From an uncultured delta proteobacterium (lineage in GTDB: Bacteria; Desulfobacterota; Binatia; Binatales; Binataceae), in contig CAWJET010000002.1 in NCBI GenBank assembly GCA_963842085.1, forward strand, positions 1,600,001-1,664,000: DNA of 64,000 nt, written 5' to 3'. A model generated the notes under the pieces. The model searched no databases. It was not told the origin of the DNA and saw only the letters and a program-made list of their open reading frames with translations. Of this stretch, positions 41,642-54,299 are shown in pieces. The stretch's first letter is position 1. The number at the start of each line of letters is the position of its first letter. The translations under genes were made by a program, and so were the position numbers.

Positions 41642-42430
41642 CTACCGATTCGGCGACGTCACCGCCAATTCCATCCGTTCTTTGCCAACGGGATCCGCAA
41701 AGTACTCGATGTATCGAAGCACCAGCGCGCTCTCCCGAGCACTCAGAAGATCCCCGAAGGCCGGCATCGCTGTATTCGGCTTGCCGTTGGTTATGATTGA
41801 GAAGAGATAGACCTCGCTCTGCTTGCTCATCCAGAGCGTATCGGTAAAATCGCGAGGCTCCGGAGAAAGAAGGTTCCCAACCGGGCCCGCCCCGTTTCCC
41901 CACTGCCCGTGGCACCCTATGCAATTGTTTGCATAGATGCTGCGGCCCGCTTTGTATTCGGTGAGTCCGTTTCGAGTCTCAGGAATTGAGCCGGCCGAAA
42001 CTGGTTGTAGCGCCGGAGTGACTGATTCGCGGTTGAGATGCTGCAAGTAGGCAATCAGTCCTTCGATTTCAGGGCCAGAAAGCCTTTTGAAAGGTGGCAT
42101 CCGACTTTGAGGCATGACCGCTCCGGGATCAATCAGATAAGCTCGATACCAGTCGGCCGTCCGCCGCGGCGTCTTGCGAAGGTCAGGAGGTAATCCGGCA
42201 CGAGCGTCGCGCGCACTGTAGGGACGACCCGCGATAATTCCATACATGTGACAGTGATATAGGCATTCCTCTCGAACAAAGACTTGGTATCCGAGGCGCT
42301 CAGTTGGACTGAGCCCGCCTTGCGAATCAGACCTGCAACCGGCCGCCAAAGCTGCCGTGAGCAAGACGGTAACGAAGAGCATTAGTGAATTGAAAAGAGT
42401 TGCTGGTTTGCGCGATAACACGTGCGGCAC
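41642..42430 (-). CDS. Diheme cytochrome c lipoprotein (FixO-like domain plus c domain)
   Basis: LAAGC lipobox, CLYHCH, S.MPPF, CIGCHG, PRDFT, TAMPAF. Confidence 0.8.
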   Translation of the reverse strand: MPHVLSRKPATLFNSLMLFVTVLLTAALAAGCRSDSQGGLSPTERLGYQVFVREECLYHCHMYGIIAGRPYSARDARAGLPPDLRKTPRRTADWYRAYLIDPGAVMPQSRMPPFKRLSGPEIEGLIAYLQHLNRESVTPALQPVSAGSIPETRNGLTEYKAGRSIYANNCIGCHGQWGNGAGPVGNLLSPEPRDFTDTLWMSKQSEVYLFSIITNGKPNTAMPAFGDLLSARESALVLRYIEYFADPVGKERMELAVTSPNR

Positions 42431-42434
42431 CCTG

Positions 42435-43517
42435 CTATCGCAGCGTGGTCAGGTAGGCTGTTAAGGCCTCTGTCTGTTGTTGAGTAAGATTGAGCTGGGG
42501 CATCTTCCCGCCGGGCAGGGCCTCCTCGGGATCACGAAGCAGCCTGGCCAGGTCTTTCGCGTTCCGCTTCCTGCCGATGTATGTCAATTCCGGTCCAACT
42601 TGTCCGCCCCTTCTCCCGATCGAGTGGCACATGATGCAACCGGCTCCATCGAAGAGCTCTCTTCCGTCATAGGTCACCAGGCCCGGGCCGGTCATCTCCC
42701 GGCCGGCTTCAGCGGCAACGCCGGACAGTCCGGTCGAATTGGATCCTGCGTTGTTCATCGGCGCTATCGTGCGAGGAGATTGCTCCGAGCCACCGCGCAG
42801 TGTCAGCAGGTAGATGGTGATGTCTTTTATCTGATCCCGGGAAAACGGGAACACGGGCATGGTAGAACCCACGACCACAGACTGGGGCCGGGCCAGATGT
42901 GCATATAGCCAGAGCCAACTTCGCTGGCTTCCAACCGCAGTGAGGTCGGGTCCTTCCTGCCCGCCGGCGCCTTCGATCTGGTGACAACCCATGCACAAGT
43001 TGCGATTCACCAATTGCCTGCCGCGGATCACCGCCGACGTGACCTGAGTCGGCAAGGTCCCGGACCCGTGGCAGTTGTAACATGCAGCCTGAAGGTATTC
43101 TCCCTTTATCAATGGATTTGACGAACCTTCGACTTGGCCGTGAGCCTCCAACGTGGTCACGGCCCGTCCCTCGCCGCCATGACAAATGACGCAACCGAAC
43201 TTCTCCGGGGGATGACTGCGTAACAGCGCAGAGTGTTGCCTCAAGGGTTCCTGGCCGTCCTTGAACGCCGGGTCGTCAATAGCTATGTGGCAGGTCACGC
43301 AACGCTCGACCGTACCGACCTGAGTCGGAAGGATTTGCTTTATCTCGACCACCTGGCTTCTCGCCCATGCCCTCTGCCCAGCGGTGTGCGTCCGAAGAAG
43401 AGCCAAATGGTAGTAAGTTCTTTGATACTTTGGCCACTCCTGGTCGAAGTTGTCGCGGAGAGCCCATCCGAGGGTGACCGTGAGAAAGAGACCGGCCGCA
43501 ACGACCCACTTTTCCAT
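42435..43517 (-). CDS. Pentaheme cytochrome c
   Basis: CVTCH, CVICH, CYNCH, CMGCH, CIMCH; N-terminal anchor. Confidence 0.9.
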   Translation of the reverse strand: MEKWVVAAGLFLTVTLGWALRDNFDQEWPKYQRTYYHLALLRTHTAGQRAWARSQVVEIKQILPTQVGTVERCVTCHIAIDDPAFKDGQEPLRQHSALLRSHPPEKFGCVICHGGEGRAVTTLEAHGQVEGSSNPLIKGEYLQAACYNCHGSGTLPTQVTSAVIRGRQLVNRNLCMGCHQIEGAGGQEGPDLTAVGSQRSWLWLYAHLARPQSVVVGSTMPVFPFSRDQIKDITIYLLTLRGGSEQSPRTIAPMNNAGSNSTGLSGVAAEAGREMTGPGLVTYDGRELFDGAGCIMCHSIGRRGGQVGPELTYIGRKRNAKDLARLLRDPEEALPGGKMPQLNLTQQQTEALTAYLTTLR

Positions 43518-43535
43518 ACTATCCAGAGCGGGCTG

Positions 43536-44807
43536 CTAAGCCGGGGCACCGGGCCAGGCCTGCCACGGCCAATAGAACTTCCAGTTGGGGCCGCGGCAGA
43601 AGATTCCGATCGCTGTAGTCAATACAATCACTATCAAGATGAGAGTCCATACAACGAGTATCGGCGTGCGTTCCCGCGCGAACCACACGCCGATTCCTTT
43701 TGGTCTCCGATCTACGTAAGGCAGCGCGACGAGGAATGTCGTGAGCAGCACCGGAGCGACGACACCGCCCCAGAAGGCCGAGTAACTCACCATCTCTTGC
43801 AGGCCAAGGAAGTACCATGGCGCCTTGGAGGGATTGTTCGGCTGAAGAGGGTTGGCCTGTTGCTCGAGCGGGGCGTTGAACAACAGCGAGGTGGCCATCA
43901 GAGCCCCCATCAGAACTAGGAAAACTGCGAGCTCAACGTAGAATACGGTAGGAAAGGTCTGGACTACCGGCTCGGCTTGCGGAGCTGCGGCAGCTTTTGC
44001 CCCCGCCGGTGCGAGATTTTCGTGTGGATGGGCCAGGCCACCATCCTTGATGACCCGCCAGATGTGATAGTTAATGATCAGGGCGGCAAAGCAAGGTATT
44101 GCTATCACGTGTAGCGCATAAAAGCGCAATAGCGCGTCGCTCCCGACCGCGTTGCCGCCTAACAGCAGATACCGGAGCTTTGGCCCGACAAGCGGAGCGT
44201 AGCTCGCGATGTTCGTGCCTACCGTCACAGCCCAAAACGAAAGCTGATCCCAAGGCAGAAGGTAACCGGTAAAGCTCAGCGCTAGGGTCAGAAAGAGCAG
44301 CGTCACCCCGAGAATCCAGTTGAACTCTCTGGGCGGTTTGTAGGACCCCGTGTAGAATACCCGACACATGTGAAGCGCGACGGCAGCCACCATCGCTTCA
44401 CCACCCCAACGGTGTAGGTTGCGCATCAACTGCCCGAAGGCTACTACGTAGTCGATGTCCAAAATGCGGCCATAGGCCCCAGTAGTTGAGGGCTCGTAGT
44501 AGAACATGAGATAGACGCCGGTTATCCACTCGATGATAAATAGGTAGAAACAGATCAAGCCGAGTCCGAAGGTGGACGTGGGCCTGATGCTTCGGCGGTA
44601 AACCCTGGTTGGATGGACGTGAAGAACCAGGTTGCTTACTACGACGGCCAGCCGCTGTCGCGCGCTCCGCGGGTATGGTCCCCGGAAAATCGATCGATAG
44701 ATGACGCCAAGGGCCTCGTGCGCGGCCGTAGGCGAGCCCTTCAGCACTCGGCCGAACGCGGCGACGTGACCACGAGCCTTCTGGTCTTGCGGCTCGCCCT
44801 GATTCAT
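43536..44807 (-). CDS. Cytochrome b of a Rieske/cytochrome b complex (b6 plus subunit IV fused)
   Basis: [38 protein letters not shown]...H, KAPWYF. Confidence 0.93.
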   Translation of the reverse strand: MNQGEPQDQKARGHVAAFGRVLKGSPTAAHEALGVIYRSIFRGPYPRSARQRLAVVVSNLVLHVHPTRVYRRSIRPTSTFGLGLICFYLFIIEWITGVYLMFYYEPSTTGAYGRILDIDYVVAFGQLMRNLHRWGGEAMVAAVALHMCRVFYTGSYKPPREFNWILGVTLLFLTLALSFTGYLLPWDQLSFWAVTVGTNIASYAPLVGPKLRYLLLGGNAVGSDALLRFYALHVIAIPCFAALIINYHIWRVIKDGGLAHPHENLAPAGAKAAAAPQAEPVVQTFPTVFYVELAVFLVLMGALMATSLLFNAPLEQQANPLQPNNPSKAPWYFLGLQEMVSYSAFWGGVVAPVLLTTFLVALPYVDRRPKGIGVWFARERTPILVVWTLILIVIVLTTAIGIFCRGPNWKFYWPWQAWPGAPA

Positions 44808-46117
44808 AGGCCGGCGGCCTCCCACCCGGTGGCTTGCTTGAGCACGCCGCTTTTAATGCAGCCGAGGACTCTAATATCTCCGTCATCAAGAGTGAGCAGC
44901 GTCGCTGGTTCAGAATCTGCGCCGGCGCCGCGCAGCCTGGTTCCCCAAGCGCCCTTCTCTACCCAGAACAGAGAACTGTTTTCGCACCTCGCTATGTCGG
45001 TGACAGTGGAGTCAGGGGACGGGGAAAATCCGGTTGTCCTCAACTGGAAGGCTGATTCCTTTGCTCCCGCCAGAAAGCCCCGGTCGCGAAAGCGGCCGTT
45101 CAGCCAATGGCGGCGAACCACGAGGATTTCATTGCTGGTCGCGGACCAGCGCAGGCAGCCAAATGCCGCATCTGGCTCCTCCGCAACGCTGATGTTCCGG
45201 CCCGTTCGAAGGTCAGTCACCACCAGAACGTTTCCGGGCGGAGCACCGGGCGCTGTGATGTCGCTGACCGGTAATGACTGCGGGTTCGATGACAAGTAGG
45301 CGAGAAAATCGCCGTCCGAAGAGAGCCGGGGACGCCCGACATAAGCAGTCTCCGCAAGGATCTCTTTCGGGCTCTGCCCATTGAAGCTCATCGCCCAGAG
45401 GCCACTATCGATCATGCCGCGGAAAGGCAGCAGCCCCTGGAAATAAGCTTCCCCTGTTTCCGCAGACCACCCGAGCGGGACAGGAATAGCCTCTGCCATC
45501 GTCTTCCTCGAATCTGACGAGATGACGACGCGGCCATCTCCCGCGCCAATGTCGGCCAGTACGGTGCGCCAGTGCGCATGACGGCTTCGGCTCTCTCGCA
45601 AATTCATCTCGGTGAAGATCAATTCCGTGGGGCGTGAACCGAAAGAAAACCCCAGAATCGCGAATCCGTTCTCGGGCTTGACCCGGTAAATGCAGCCCTC
45701 CCTGAAATTCAGGATCTCTAAATAGTTCCGACACGGATCCACTCCTTCACGCGCCAGATACGCGACCTGGTCCGGGGCACCGGTAATATCCATTTCCCCG
45801 GAGGGCCGCGTGACGAGCGCAACCAGCGCTCCGCTGCGAAGATCGAGCGAGGCCAGTGTAGTAGAGCCCCATCGAATAGTAGCTACCAGCAATCCCTGAC
45901 CGGGGAGGACAGGCCAGGCACGCGATTCGCGGCTGAACACCTCGCGAATTCCATCACCTCGCGAGTGCAGATTCTGAGAGTCGGAGTTCGAAGAAGGGCT
46001 TTCAGATACTATTGAGGGACTCGGGGCGCAACCTGAGAATAGAATCGAGAGCGCGGCAATGGCCGCAATGTTAGCGCAAGTCTTCAAAACAGATCGGTCA
46101 CAGAAAACACTAAACAA
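44804..46117 (-). CDS. TolB-like beta-propeller lipoprotein
   Basis: LFSGC lipobox; PLGWS, PRLSSDG..LAYL and LRWS blade motifs. Confidence 0.55.
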   Translation of the reverse strand: MFSVFCDRSVLKTCANIAAIAALSILFSGCAPSPSIVSESPSSNSDSQNLHSRGDGIREVFSRESRAWPVLPGQGLLVATIRWGSTTLASLDLRSGALVALVTRPSGEMDITGAPDQVAYLAREGVDPCRNYLEILNFREGCIYRVKPENGFAILGFSFGSRPTELIFTEMNLRESRSRHAHWRTVLADIGAGDGRVVISSDSRKTMAEAIPVPLGWSAETGEAYFQGLLPFRGMIDSGLWAMSFNGQSPKEILAETAYVGRPRLSSDGDFLAYLSSNPQSLPVSDITAPGAPPGNVLVVTDLRTGRNISVAEEPDAAFGCLRWSATSNEILVVRRHWLNGRFRDRGFLAGAKESAFQLRTTGFSPSPDSTVTDIARCENSSLFWVEKGAWGTRLRGAGADSEPATLLTLDDGDIRVLGCIKSGVLKQATGWEAAGL

Positions 46118-46580
46118 ACTTGAAATAAGTTTCTCTGGGAACGCTGAAACTTGTGTCCACTACCAGTTGTCCGTCGGGAGCCTGAAGAATCCTGAACCAG
46201 GGCAGCGGCCTCGGAGCGGGTCCCGAGAGCACCACACCGTTCGCGTCGTACTTGCTGCCATGACAGGGACATTGGTAGCCCCACTCGACTCTGGCGACTG
46301 CGCAGCCGAGATGAGTGCAGGTCGCAGACATCGCCCTGATGCCGCGCTCGGTCGATATGAGGAACAGCCGGTCTTTGCCGAAGAATACCTCGGTCCCCGG
46401 CGGAAAGTCTTCGGGTTTTCCGACCTGGATCGCGGCAGGGGAACCGAACGTGACATTCGGCACCAGAAATCGGAGCGAACCGGCCCCCATAATGGCCACC
46501 GGCAGACTCACTCCGCTCCAGGCCAGTAAGGTCAGGAACTCCTCACGCGTTAGCTTCTTCACTCTTGCGCCCCGAGACAA
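46110..46580 (-). CDS. Rieske 2Fe-2S protein
   Basis: [21 protein letters not shown]; Tat-like TREEFL plus TM. Confidence 0.93.
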   Translation of the reverse strand: MSRGARVKKLTREEFLTLLAWSGVSLPVAIMGAGSLRFLVPNVTFGSPAAIQVGKPEDFPPGTEVFFGKDRLFLISTERGIRAMSATCTHLGCAVARVEWGYQCPCHGSKYDANGVVLSGPAPRPLPWFRILQAPDGQLVVDTSFSVPRETYFKFV

Positions 46581-46607
46581 CCAACCACGCCCGATGTCCC
46601 CGCGCTA

Positions 46608-47150
46608 TCAGGTGGCAGTGCCAACTACGCAGTTGCGGCCCAGATTATTGTAGTGTGTGTCACGCAGCGCGGGCGCAAAGCCGGCGGCATCGATGCAGCC
46701 TTCCACTTGCTGTATCAGGAGTTGCGTCGGGTCCGGGAGTTGTTTGCCGGTGGCCATCATGACCGCGTTGGTCGCGCTTATCGAGCCGGTCCCGCAAAGA
46801 TCAGAAGTCGCACATCTGAGACGCGCTGGTCCGCAGATTACGCACCGGAATCTCGTAAGGACAGGCCGCCGATCAGACGCCACACTCGTCGCACAACCTT
46901 TCATTGGATGATGACGCGTCTTCTTCGCATTTGCGCATCGCGGAGGACACGTGACCTTGGCTTGAAGACATCCCTCCGCCTTTGCCGAAATGCGCTCCAG
47001 AAGCCGTTACACAGGTAGCATTCGTGCAGTGATTGCACAAGCGCGGCATGTAAAAGAAGTATCGGTTGGGCCATTCTCCCGCGCCTTGGTCCTTCTCCCA
47101 GATCGGACCCAATTTGACCCCGGCTGGCCGTTTTCTTTCGTGACCGAATG
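46608..47150 (-). pseudogene. Chimeric relic: beta-subunit fragment fused to a radical SAM C-terminus
   Basis: GPIWEKDQGAGEWPN.YFFYMPRLCNHC...MCDF joined at ~46802 to DLCGTGSI...LPD.TQ.LI.QV..CI..AG...ALRD.HYN. Confidence 0.85.
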
Positions 47151-47334
47151 GAGGGCGCGATCACGCTTACCAAAACGCCGAAGATCAACCGAAGGAAGCA
47201 GGTGTGCTCCGCAAAATTATTCGGGTTGTGCCTATTCAAAACCTAAAGTCTGACGCATTGACTATACAGGCCGCCGAGGATTGGAATCGCCACGCACACC
47301 GCAAGGCTAATCCTGCCATCGTCCGTGCCTCTAG

Positions 47335-47995
47335 CAGGCTGTTGAAAAATTCCCTTCTGATGGGATCGACGAAACGTTTTGCATCTGTATAGTGGAACGA
47401 AGCGATGTGGGATGAGGTTGAGGAGGAAGCGGAAGATGCGGGGACACGATCGGCCACAGGCTACAATGCTGACCTTGGTGAACCCCGAGCAGCGGGTCCC
47501 GGCCAACCATCCGATCAGACTGATCAAGGCGCTGGCTGAGGTGGCGCTCAAGGAACTCTCGCCGTTGTTCGAGCAGATGTACAGTGAAGTGGGCCGACCC
47601 TCGATCCCGCCGGAGCGGTTGTTGAAAGCCTCGCTGTTGATGGCGCTCTACACGGTGCGCAGCTAGCGGATGTTCTGTGAGCAGTTGGACTACAATCTCT
47701 TGTTCCGCTGGTTCCTGGATCTGAACTGGGACGAGCCGAGCTTCGACCACTCCAGCTTTAGCCGCAATCGGGCGCGGTTGCTGGAGCACGACGTGGCGGG
47801 CGAGTTTTTCCGCACCGTAGTTGCAGAGGCCCGCGAGCTTAGGCTGACCAGCGACGAGCACTTCACGGTGGACGGCACGCTGATCGAAGCCTGGGCTTCG
47901 CTCAAGAGCTTCAAGCGTAAGGATGAGGGTCCGACTGAAACACCTGACGACCCGGGCAACCCAAGCGTGAACTTCCACGGCCAACGGCGCCAAAA
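47335..47995 (+). mobile_element. IS5-family element, truncated, with a nonsense codon
   Basis: CTAG|CAGGCTGTTGAAAAA end; GRPSIPPERLL, TAG at 47664, DYNLLFRWFL, HFTVDGTLIEAWAS. Confidence 0.88.
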
Positions 47996-49237
<1,242 letters not shown>

Positions 49238-49304
49238 TAGGCCAGCTAATATCGCGATAAAAGCGCCACATCCCTGTCAACTCAAGGAGGACTTCTCCTC
49301 CGGC

Positions 49305-50471
49305 CTACACAACCTCGCGAAACGCCATCGCCGGAACGACGCGCATCGCGCGAATCACCGGACCCAGCGCGCTCGCGATACTCACTAGGACCGCCGAGAC
49401 GATCGCCGCCGCCGCTGTTTCCGGACGCACCTCGAGATAGCCCAGCATCCCGGTTATCTCGCCGAGCCTGATACCGTGCGCAAACATCCAGAGTGCGAGG
49501 CCCGCACCGACGATCGATCCGAAGAGCCCGATGAGCGCCGCCTCGGTGAACAGCAGGACCGCGATATGCGTCCGCGTGAATCCAAGCGCGCGCATCACTG
49601 CCACTTCATTGATTCTGTCGCGCACCATCATCGCCATCGAGTTGGCAGCGATCAGCAGAACCGTCAGCAGCACTACCATGCACAGGCTGTAGACGATCGC
49701 ACGGATGTTGCCGATTGCGCTGACCACGTTGGCCACCGAATCGGACTCGGTCGTCGTTTCGGTTTCCGCGTCGGAGTTGTGAAAATTCTCGTCGATCTCG
49801 TCAGCCACCAATCCCATGTTTTCTTCACGATCGACACGCACCATGATGAACGAGGCCCGGTCCTGGATATTGGCGCCGTAGAGATTCTTCACCGCGTCGT
49901 CCAGCATCCTGCGATCGAACAAAAACGCACGTGACAAATATTCGGTCGGAAACTCGACAATCGGAATGAACGTCAGCGCGAGCTTCGCATCGCTGGGATT
50001 GCGCAGCGTAAGCGGTTCACCGAGTTTCCATCCGTACTCGCGCATTAGCGCGTATCCGACCAGCGCGCTGCGGCGATCCGTCTGCATCATCTTCACCTTG
50101 TCCGCAGGTATCTGGTAGTCGCTGCTCCCGGTGACGCTCGCGATGTCGGCATTTATTCCATAAGTGATGATCGGGTCCTTGGGATCGCGATAGATCGCGC
50201 CCCAGAGGATCTCCGGCGCGCATCCCATCACGTGCCGCAGCTTTTTGATCGGATCGCAGTATCGCGCCGGCAGCCGGCCGTTATTGCGCTCGGTCACCAC
50301 CAGGCGCAATCCCTTCGATGCATTGTCGGCGATCCGATCCATCGACCACGGCACCGCGACCAGCACCGTGAAGATGAACACCGCGACGGCAAAGGTCAGC
50401 CCAGTCAGGATCGTGCGTCGAAGCTGACGGCGCATGTTGCGCAAGGCGATCGTCAGCAGCCTGGCCGTCAT
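49305..50471 (-). CDS. MacB/FtsX-family ABC permease
   Basis: ALRN..R..RRT.LT; NSMAM.VRDR..EVAVMRALGF. Confidence 0.87.
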   Translation of the reverse strand: MTARLLTIALRNMRRQLRRTILTGLTFAVAVFIFTVLVAVPWSMDRIADNASKGLRLVVTERNNGRLPARYCDPIKKLRHVMGCAPEILWGAIYRDPKDPIITYGINADIASVTGSSDYQIPADKVKMMQTDRRSALVGYALMREYGWKLGEPLTLRNPSDAKLALTFIPIVEFPTEYLSRAFLFDRRMLDDAVKNLYGANIQDRASFIMVRVDREENMGLVADEIDENFHNSDAETETTTESDSVANVVSAIGNIRAIVYSLCMVVLLTVLLIAANSMAMMVRDRINEVAVMRALGFTRTHIAVLLFTEAALIGLFGSIVGAGLALWMFAHGIRLGEITGMLGYLEVRPETAAAAIVSAVLVSIASALGPVIRAMRVVPAMAFREVV

Positions 50472-50473
50472 CG

Positions 50474-51634
50474 TCACGTCTCCCTTAGAGCGTTGACGAT
50501 TTGGATTCGCGAAGCGCGCAGCGCTGGCATCAGCCCGCCCGCGACACCGATAATCGCGGCCACCACGACGCCGGCCGCGATTGCACCCGCCGTCGGCCGA
50601 TATGAAAAGAACATCGCGCCGACACTCATCGTGCGGCTGGTCAATCCGGTCGCCCATGCGACCGCGGTTGCCAGCACGACACCGGCGACACCGCCAGCGA
50701 TGCCCAGGATGACGCTCTCGATTACGAAGCTGCTCAGGATGTTGGCGCGCGAGAAGCCCAATACACGCAGCACTCCGATTTCGCGCCCGCGGCGGGTCAC
50801 CGCTGTATACATCGTGTTCATGCCGCCGAAGGTCGCGCCAATGGCCAACGCGAGCGCCACTATCAACCCGAGCATCCGCAGTTGCAACGCCACCGCCGCC
50901 TGCGCGGCGTAGTATTCGGTTTCGGTTTCGACCTGGAGGCTCAGGCGGCCGTCGGCCTTGAGTGCCTGCGCAAATTCAGCGGCCCTCCCGGGCTTCAGCA
51001 CCAGATGCAGCGCCGCGGCACCGCCGGCGTCCCAGTGAAAGTCATTGATCAGGTCGTCAAGGTCGGTCCAGGCTTCCGATTCGCGCGCGCTGTCGTTGTC
51101 GGAGAAGACCCCTACGATCTTCCAATCGCGATGCTCATAGTGAAAAGAGCTGCCCGGCGTGAGATAGGGGAACCGCGCCAGCAGCCGTCGCCCGACGACC
51201 CATTCCCCATTGCCGCGCTCCGGCCAATGCCCATCCACGAGACGAAGGTTCGGATGCACTTCGTAGGCGGTTGGCTCGACGCCGCGAAGCAGCGCGAATT
51301 CCTTGGCGCCGCGCGTCCTGCTGACGTTTACGCCGACGATACTCTCGCGCGAAAGCAGCGGTTGATGCTGTCGGTCGGTCGCAATTTCCGGACGCACCCG
51401 GAGGATCTCGACGGCCTGATGGGGAACGAAGCTCTCGTTCTCGCTGGTCACTCCACGCGCCATCACGATCACGTTACGATCTTCGCCGGTATTGAGCAGC
51501 GATTGCCTGAGCCCGGCGGCAAATCCGAAGACGAGGACGAAGATCATCGCGACCAGCGCGACGCCCAGTATCGTCATCAGAGACGTCGCGCGGCGCTCCA
51601 TCACGCTGCGAAAGTTGTAGCGAATCGGCACCAT
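50474..51634 (-). CDS. MacB/FtsX-family ABC permease
   Basis: PIRYNFRSV..R; NTMY.AV..R.REIG.LR.LGF; GGL.PA.RA. Confidence 0.9.
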   Translation of the reverse strand: MVPIRYNFRSVMERRATSLMTILGVALVAMIFVLVFGFAAGLRQSLLNTGEDRNVIVMARGVTSENESFVPHQAVEILRVRPEIATDRQHQPLLSRESIVGVNVSRTRGAKEFALLRGVEPTAYEVHPNLRLVDGHWPERGNGEWVVGRRLLARFPYLTPGSSFHYEHRDWKIVGVFSDNDSARESEAWTDLDDLINDFHWDAGGAAALHLVLKPGRAAEFAQALKADGRLSLQVETETEYYAAQAAVALQLRMLGLIVALALAIGATFGGMNTMYTAVTRRGREIGVLRVLGFSRANILSSFVIESVILGIAGGVAGVVLATAVAWATGLTSRTMSVGAMFFSYRPTAGAIAAGVVVAAIIGVAGGLMPALRASRIQIVNALRET

Positions 51635-51837
51635 CGCCCCACACCCGCATTGCCGACCTGCTGAAACCGGAAGTTAACTCTGACGATTTGCCATCCTAAT
51701 GGGAATCCCGCTTGGCCAAAAGGCCCCTTCGGCTCCCGCCCCCGAGCAAAAGGAAAGAACCCAATCTCGAAGAGCGAATTGGCGACGGTTGAGGCTGCGG
51801 ATGAGAGCCTTGCTGGTGTTGCCATTGGTCTGCTGCT

Positions 51838-52278
51838 TCATTCGATTCTCTTTCCTTCGGGTTCATCCGCGTCGATGAATGCGTCGAGGATGTCGCTGCG
51901 AGTGATGATCCCGGCCAACGCGTTGTGCTCGACGATTGGTATTGCACCGATCCTCTCCCGCCGCATCAGCCGCGCTGCGTCCGCGACCGTATGCTCAGGC
52001 GTCAGTGTCAGCACGTTGGTGGTCATCACCGACTCTACCGTAATCTTATCGGCGGGCGGCGCGCTCAAATGCGCACGAGTCGCGGCTTCCGCAGCACTCG
52101 CTACGGCAGATCGGGCGTCGCGCAGATCGCGATCCGTGACGATGCCGACGAGGCTGCGGTTCACGACCACGGGTAGCTGGTTGATCCGATACTCCTCGAT
52201 CAGCGTTCTTGCGCGCGCCACCGTGTCGCGCGGTTTCACCGTGTGTACGGGGATCTTCATGAGCCGTCTGATACGCAA
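51838..52278 (-). CDS. CBS-domain protein
   Basis: LVGIVTDRD, LAGIITRSD. Confidence 0.88.
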   Translation of the reverse strand: MRIRRLMKIPVHTVKPRDTVARARTLIEEYRINQLPVVVNRSLVGIVTDRDLRDARSAVASAAEAATRAHLSAPPADKITVESVMTTNVLTLTPEHTVADAARLMRRERIGAIPIVEHNALAGIITRSDILDAFIDADEPEGKRIE

Positions 52279-52300
52279 TTTGTATTCTCCTTGCGTGCCC

Positions 52301-52693
52301 TTAGCCGTTCATGATCTGGCTGGCTCCGGCAACGACCTGTAAAAACGCCCTGAGCAGATCACTCGTGGTGACGATGCCGACCAGCTTTCCGTCGGCGACA
52401 ATCGGCAGTCCACCGATTTTGTGCTTCAGCATCAGGCGGGCCGCGTCTTCCACTGTATTGTGTGGCGTGACCGTGATGAGCGCTGTTCGCATCGCGGCGT
52501 TCACACGCGTGGATCCAAGGTAGCCCAAGTGCTCACGTATATCGCGCTCGGTAAGGATCCCAACGAGTTGCCCGCCGTCCACCACCGGCAAACGCCTGAA
52601 CCGCCCGTCATCCATAACGGCCTTTGCGTTCGCCAGCGTGTCGTCAGGGTTGATTACGATTGGGTCCCGCGTCATCAGATCGACAATGTTCAT
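52301..52693 (-). CDS. CBS-domain protein (paralog of 9803..10399)
   Basis: GRFRRLPVVD..LVGILTERD, KIGGLPIV..GKLVGIVT. Confidence 0.9.
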   Translation of the reverse strand: MNIVDLMTRDPIVINPDDTLANAKAVMDDGRFRRLPVVDGGQLVGILTERDIREHLGYLGSTRVNAAMRTALITVTPHNTVEDAARLMLKHKIGGLPIVADGKLVGIVTTSDLLRAFLQVVAGASQIMNG

Positions 52694-52720
52694 GTTGTCC
52701 TCCGTGGCAGCCCATTGATT

Positions 52721-52736
52721 AGCAATTCGCTTGCCA
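52721..52736 (-). promoter_or_regulatory. Putative sigma54 promoter
   Basis: TGGCAAGCGAATTGCT on the minus strand, 28 bp upstream of the CBS start. Confidence 0.65.
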
Positions 52737-53356
52737 TGGGGGCTGAACGTCGATCACCAAGAGTTACGCTGAGATGCAGAAAGATTCCGTCGACAGGCGG
52801 AATTAACGCGCCTCTTCCGCAGCATCAATTGGAAGCATCAGCATTTGTGAGTGATGCGATCGGACACACCACAGCGCGGCCGGCGCTCGGATGATCGGCC
52901 ACGGAATCGGACATACGAAGCGGGTTGTTACGCGAAGAGCGCTGTCGACCACACTCCTTGGCCATGCGCGACGGAAGATTCTGCATCTGAATGTCACCCA
53001 GCATCCGACCGCAGGTTGGCTCTCCCGCCAGATCACATAGGCATTTCCCTGGGACACCGCGCCGTGTCCATTGGCTGAACGTTCGACTCCGAAGCTATAG
53101 GTTCTCAAACAATAGGACGAAGTACGCGAGGGCATTCTGACTGTCTCGTCACCCGGGATCAGGTTTTCGGTACCGACAGCGGTTCCTTGCGGTCAGCGTC
53201 CAAGGGGAACATTCGGCACAGCCGGACGAACATCAGCCGATGGCTTTAGGTTTTGAACAAGCACAACCGAAATTGTGTTCCATCGGGAACGAATGCTGTG
53301 AGGAGAGTGTGAAATTCTAGTGGCGGGTGAGGTTTGACCGCGGGGAGTTTCCGCTT

Positions 53357-53708
53357 TTACTTTTCCTTGAGGCGCGGATCGTCGCCCGCGATGCATCGAG
53401 CAAAGAGTATCCGCCCCAAATAGGATTCATGGTCCAAATCTTCCCAAGTAATTTTTGCATGAGCGTAAATCGCTTGAATTCTGCTGTTGACGTCCGCGTT
53501 CAAATGGGTCAGCTGCGACTCGCATTCATGGAGCGATTCAAATTCGTCTAATTGAACCCGCGATAGGCGCATTAGAATCGAATTCTTTGACCAAATGACG
53601 GCTGAACACCCAAGCAGAGGCCTGAGCAAATAGCGATGGCTCCTTTGGCGGCGGCACCATCAAATACCAGCCCACCAGCGCGAGCGCGGCGGCGTGGCGC
53701 GGCTTCAT
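53357..53708 (-). pseudogene. WYLMxPP...CIAxDDPRL small secreted protein, frameshifted
   Basis: MKPRHAAALALVGWYLMVPP is out of frame with the C-terminal RCIAGDDPRLKEK. Confidence 0.75.
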
Positions 53709-53760
53709 TCTACTTTTCCTTCTCTTGTTTCCGCCGAAGGCTGGGAAATCCTGTGATGTC

Positions 53761-54021
53761 CTACTTAGCCAAGCGCGGATCGTCGGTCGCGATGCACTTC
53801 GCGCTCCAAATGTATCCGCTCACAACTTTGCCATTTTCTTGACGAAGTGCGTATCTCAGGAGCGAAGCCTTTTGGCACTGAGCTGCGGAATCGTACGACC
53901 ATTGTAGGTCCCACTGCGAAAGGGGCGCTCGATAGTCACGCTCTCCATTCTTGAGAACAGGCGGCATCATCAAATACCAGCCTACAAGCGCGAGCGCGGC
54001 GGCGGCGTGGCGGGGGTTCAT
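53761..54021 (-). CDS. WYLMxPP...CIATDDPRL small secreted protein
   Basis: MNPRHAAAALALVGWYLMMPP...APLSQW...YDSAAQC...CIATDDPRLAK. Confidence 0.8.
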   Translation of the reverse strand: MNPRHAAAALALVGWYLMMPPVLKNGERDYRAPLSQWDLQWSYDSAAQCQKASLLRYALRQENGKVVSGYIWSAKCIATDDPRLAK

Positions 54022-54260
54022 TTCGAGAACGATTTGACAGACGGGCCCGCGACCGACAAATGGGCGCGCGGAGAGTCTTTGCGGTATTGGCGTCATTTCA
54101 GCCCCGCTGACGGGAGTGGCGTCTTTTGAAATCCAAGGTGGCTTTTTTTCGCCAAAAGTGCTATATAGCAGTGGTCGGTCCTTTCATCCCTCGATGAAGC
54201 CGAAGGCACGCGTGGAAAATATGCCCTCATGGTGAAGCCAACGCGTGCCTCGCCCTCTCG

Positions 54261-54299
54261 GCCGACAAGCGCGAGCGCCACTGCGTGGCGGGGGTTCAT
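54261..54299 (-). pseudogene. Truncated N-terminus of the same family
   Basis: MNPRHAVALALVG, then unrelated sequence. Confidence 0.65.
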
